Notes under the pieces: generated by a model
Seen by the model: the letters and a program-made list of their open reading frames with translations, nothing else
The model's database searches: none
Told to the model about the DNA's origin: nothing
Translations under genes and position numbers: made by a program
Shown here: positions 61,212 through 64,000 of the stretch, piece by piece
Numbering within the stretch: position 1 is the first letter of the stretch
How the letters are laid out: every line of letters starts with the position of its first letter
Assembly: GCA_965225855.1 (NCBI GenBank)
Contig: CBDDCK010000005.1
Location: 480,001-544,000, forward strand
From: Spirochaetia bacterium
Lineage (GTDB): Bacteria > Spirochaetota > Spirochaetia > SP-2023
Length of the DNA: 64,000 nt
Reading direction: 5' to 3'

Positions 61212-61670
61212 ATGAAATTGAAATTTTTAAAACATAAAGATTTACATTGTTTTGTAATTTTAATGCTTATCTCCTATATTATGGGATATTTTATATTTGA
61301 TAAAGCCTATAATAATTATTCTGAATTGATTACTTTTTTATCCATAGTCTTTGGTTTTACCATAACATCATTTTCTATACTATTTAATACGCCATTGAAA
61401 AAGGTTCTTTATGATAGAAGAATAAAATATTATGAAACAGAATTACACAGGCTAAGAACTTTTTATTCCAGTGCTCTATTATTTAGCATTCTATCTATAT
61501 CTTTTTTATTAGTTTTCTATAAAGATTTTACCATACTTATAAACATAATGGAGTATAAGCTTTATATAGCAAAACATAATTTTATTTTACCTATAATTGT
61601 GGGAGAAATTTATTTTCTTTATAAACTTATGGAAGATTTATTTAGAATTTTTGTATATCCAACAAACTAA
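61212..61670 (+). CDS. Unknown 4-TM membrane protein
   Basis: 152 aa, four hydrophobic segments, ITFLSIVFGFTITSFSILF. Confidence 0.7.
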   Translation: MKLKFLKHKDLHCFVILMLISYIMGYFIFDKAYNNYSELITFLSIVFGFTITSFSILFNTPLKKVLYDRRIKYYETELHRLRTFYSSALLFSILSISFLLVFYKDFTILINIMEYKLYIAKHNFILPIIVGEIYFLYKLMEDLFRIFVYPTN

Positions 61671-61680
61671 AGACTAACCC

Positions 61681-64000
61681 ATGCACTTTGAAAAACAAGC
61701 CTACCAAGAAGATTGCGTAAACAATATCATTCAAGTTTTACAGGCTTGTGATGTCCGCAATAACGATTTTAGCCATTTACCCAATGCCATTGATCAATTA
61801 TGGCGGGAAAGAGGCTATACTCAATTTATCAAAAGAGATGTAAAGCGTTTAGATATTTTAATGGAAACGGGTACGGGCAAGACCTTTACTTACCTGAAAA
61901 CCATTTTTGAAATGCATAAAAATTTTGCTAAAACGAAATTTATTATTGTATTGCCACGCACGGCGATCAAGCTGGGTGTGGTGCAAAATATCAAATTGAC
62001 ACGGGATTTTTTCTTTCAAGAATACGGCCAACACTTAAAATATATCGACTATCCCAAAGAGAGACTTTCTAAAATACAACACGACTTTTTAAATACCGAT
62101 GATTTGGTGGTTTTGCTTACAACCAACAGCGCCTTTAATTCCGACAAAAATAAAATCAATCAAAGTACCGAAACGCTTTTTGAGCAAGGCAGCGTTTGGA
62201 ATGGCATTAAAAATATAAAGCCCATTATCATTATTGACGAACCGCATTTACTCTCGGGTGCCGAAACCCAAAAAGGCTTGGATAAGTTGGATAATAGCCT
62301 ACAAATCCGCTTTGGTGCGACTTTCCCCAAAGACAAAAAAGACCAAGCTCATCATCTCTCCAATGTGGTTTATAGTTTGGATAGTATTTCCAGTTTTCGG
62401 CAGTATTTGGTCAAAGGCATTACGGTGCATACCCTTATGGGTGATTGGGAACAAGGGGGCTTAAAAGTCTCTGCTCTCGAAAGTAAGGCCAAAACTTTTA
62501 TGGCAGTGTATGATATAAACCAAGTCGTGTATAAAAAGAAAATTAGAGTAGGTGAGGATATAGGGACGATTACCGGCTTAGAAAATTACAAAGGGGTAAG
62601 TGCTACTCAAATCAAGAAAGATAAAGTGTATTTGACAAACCAAAGCATTTTAGAAGTCAGCAAAGAGGCTTATGAATTGGGCGATCAAGAAATGCTCTTT
62701 ATGATTAAAGAGGCCATCGCCAAACATTTTGCCAAAGAACAAAAGCTGTTTGATAAAGGCATTAAAGCGCTATCGTTATTTTTTATCCCGCGTATAGACG
62801 ACTTTAGAGAAAATGAGCAAAACCCGAATCCGCGTATCAAAACTATTTTTGCAGCAGAATATAAAATTCAAAGAGACCACATCTTAAAAACCACGCAAAA
62901 CGAAGCCTATAAAAATTACCTTGCCAAAGACTTTAGCGAGTCAGGAAAATTACAAGTGCATGAAGGCTATTTTTCAGGCGATAAAATCTCTACTAAAGAT
63001 AAAGACGCAGGCTTAAATAAAGAAGATTTGGGAGTAAATTTAATCTTAAATGAAAAGCAAAAATTGCTTTCATTGGAAACGTCTTTGCGGTTTATTTTTT
63101 CGGTTTGGGCTTTGCAGGAGGGCTGGGACAATCCCAATGTTTTTACCATTTGCAAATTAGCCGATACCGCCAAAGATACCAGCCGCAGGCAACAAGTCGG
63201 GCGGGGCTTGCGAATCGCCGTCAATCAAAACGGCGTAAGGCAGACCTACCAAAAGTTATATGAAAAAGAGCATGATTTTTACGACATCAACACTTTGGAT
63301 ATGATAGTCTCTGGTAAAGAAAGAGAATTTATTCATGCCATACAGCAAGAGATACAACAAGCAAGTTTTTCTTTGGTGGGCGATGTGGTTTCGCCCGATA
63401 CGCTCAAAGATTTAGAGTTGAGCGATGGCGAAAGTAATTCCATATTGAACACCTTAAAACGAAAGAAAATTATAAACGATGAAGGTGTTATTTTGTCTTC
63501 GATTTATGAGTTTTTGAAAGTCAATAAACAAGCCGTAGATGAAACAAGTGATTTTAACGGCGATATGAAAATCATCGATGAACGCTACCAAGAAATCTTA
63601 AAAATCTTTACTGATAATAGAAATTTGGTAAAAGACGGCAACCAGGAAAAGTACAAGAAAAAAGTAAAAATCCGTCCGAACCAATGGCAACAATTTAAAA
63701 CGCTGTGGCAAGCTATTAGTAAAAAATCCAAGATTGTTTATAAAAATATAAATGAGCAGAAACTTGTTGAGAAAGTCGCTGAAGAATTTAACAGACAAGA
63801 TATAGAGCCTATCCAGATCAAGCGATTGATACAAAAATACAATGCCCAAAGCGACCAAATTGAAAACACAGAAGAAACCCAAATGGGGCAAATAGATTTT
63901 TTCCAAACACAAAAGTTTAGCGATTTTTTAGATTTCTTTGTCAAAAAAGAAAAGCTACCGTTTGGCTTTATGCTCAAACTGTTAAATAAAATGGATAAAC
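61681..64000 (+). CDS. res: Type III restriction endonuclease subunit (res-2), partial; not in the ORF track because it has no stop in the window
   Basis: Manual translation: MHFEKQAYQ...LDILMETGTGKTFTY, IIIDEPH, ALQEGWDNPNVFTICKL, RQQVGRGLRI. Confidence 0.92.
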   Translation, partial: MHFEKQAYQEDCVNNIIQVLQACDVRNNDFSHLPNAIDQLWRERGYTQFIKRDVKRLDILMETGTGKTFTYLKTIFEMHKNFAKTKFIIVLPRTAIKLGVVQNIKLTRDFFFQEYGQHLKYIDYPKERLSKIQHDFLNTDDLVVLLTTNSAFNSDKNKINQSTETLFEQGSVWNGIKNIKPIIIIDEPHLLSGAETQKGLDKLDNSLQIRFGATFPKDKKDQAHHLSNVVYSLDSISSFRQYLVKGITVHTLMGDWEQGGLKVSALESKAKTFMAVYDINQVVYKKKIRVGEDIGTITGLENYKGVSATQIKKDKVYLTNQSILEVSKEAYELGDQEMLFMIKEAIAKHFAKEQKLFDKGIKALSLFFIPRIDDFRENEQNPNPRIKTIFAAEYKIQRDHILKTTQNEAYKNYLAKDFSESGKLQVHEGYFSGDKISTKDKDAGLNKEDLGVNLILNEKQKLLSLETSLRFIFSVWALQEGWDNPNVFTICKLADTAKDTSRRQQVGRGLRIAVNQNGVRQTYQKLYEKEHDFYDINTLDMIVSGKEREFIHAIQQEIQQASFSLVGDVVSPDTLKDLELSDGESNSILNTLKRKKIINDEGVILSSIYEFLKVNKQAVDETSDFNGDMKIIDERYQEILKIFTDNRNLVKDGNQEKYKKKVKIRPNQWQQFKTLWQAISKKSKIVYKNINEQKLVEKVAEEFNRQDIEPIQIKRLIQKYNAQSDQIENTEETQMGQIDFFQTQKFSDFLDFFVKKEKLPFGFMLKLLNKMDK

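Larger units (their letters stand above)
38700..64000. other. Restriction-modification/anti-phage defence island, open at the right edge
   Basis: Almost every ORF is an MTase, REase, ATPase-nuclease, HEPN/MNT or unknown membrane protein; visibly AT-richer than the upstream core genes; many gene stubs. Confidence 0.85.

Noticed and set aside
38700..64000. Island as prophage, ICE or IS-bounded transposon
   Set aside because: No integrase, transposase, phage structural, conjugation or tRNA gene is recognisable; the right boundary is outside the window.
1..64000. rRNA, tRNA, retron or riboswitch genes
   Set aside because: None recognised by eye and there is no reverse transcriptase ORF; an Infernal/Rfam and tRNAscan-SE run would be needed to exclude them.

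Overview
This window appears to come from a spirochaete chromosome, judged by a short AlaRS without the C-Ala domain, an archaeal/eukaryote-type MetRS, a DUF5312-like protein and a pallilysin-related lipoprotein. It has two parts. Bases 1 to ~38.7 kb are housekeeping and envelope genes: alaS, a SurA-like PPIase, ABC-F, aroA, murE, gloB, zwf, hsp20, rsmA, metG, leuCD and a glycosyltransferase. From ~38.7 kb to the window end is a visibly more AT-rich defence island with no integrase or transposase in view. The island holds three intact type III mod genes with different central target-recognition domains, two type III res genes (the second runs off the end and is missing from the ORF track), an orphan M.RsrI-like methylase, a BsoBI/AvaI-like type II pair, an SRA-HNH nuclease, a HEPN/MNT pair, two ABC-type ATPase plus putative nuclease pairs and unknown membrane proteins. 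Three features of the island are not explained by the gene list. (1) Four mod-gene stubs sit at cassette junctions, and one mod shell has had its whole interior replaced by the M.RsrI-like gene. (2) A conserved leader with 4, 2 or 3 copies of a 22-bp repeat precedes three consecutive mod/res genes. (3) Three copies of a palindromic 23-bp-period array bracket other cassettes. At least four genes carry 1-2 bp frameshifts that may be assembly errors. All family assignments come from motif recognition and memory; no database search was run.
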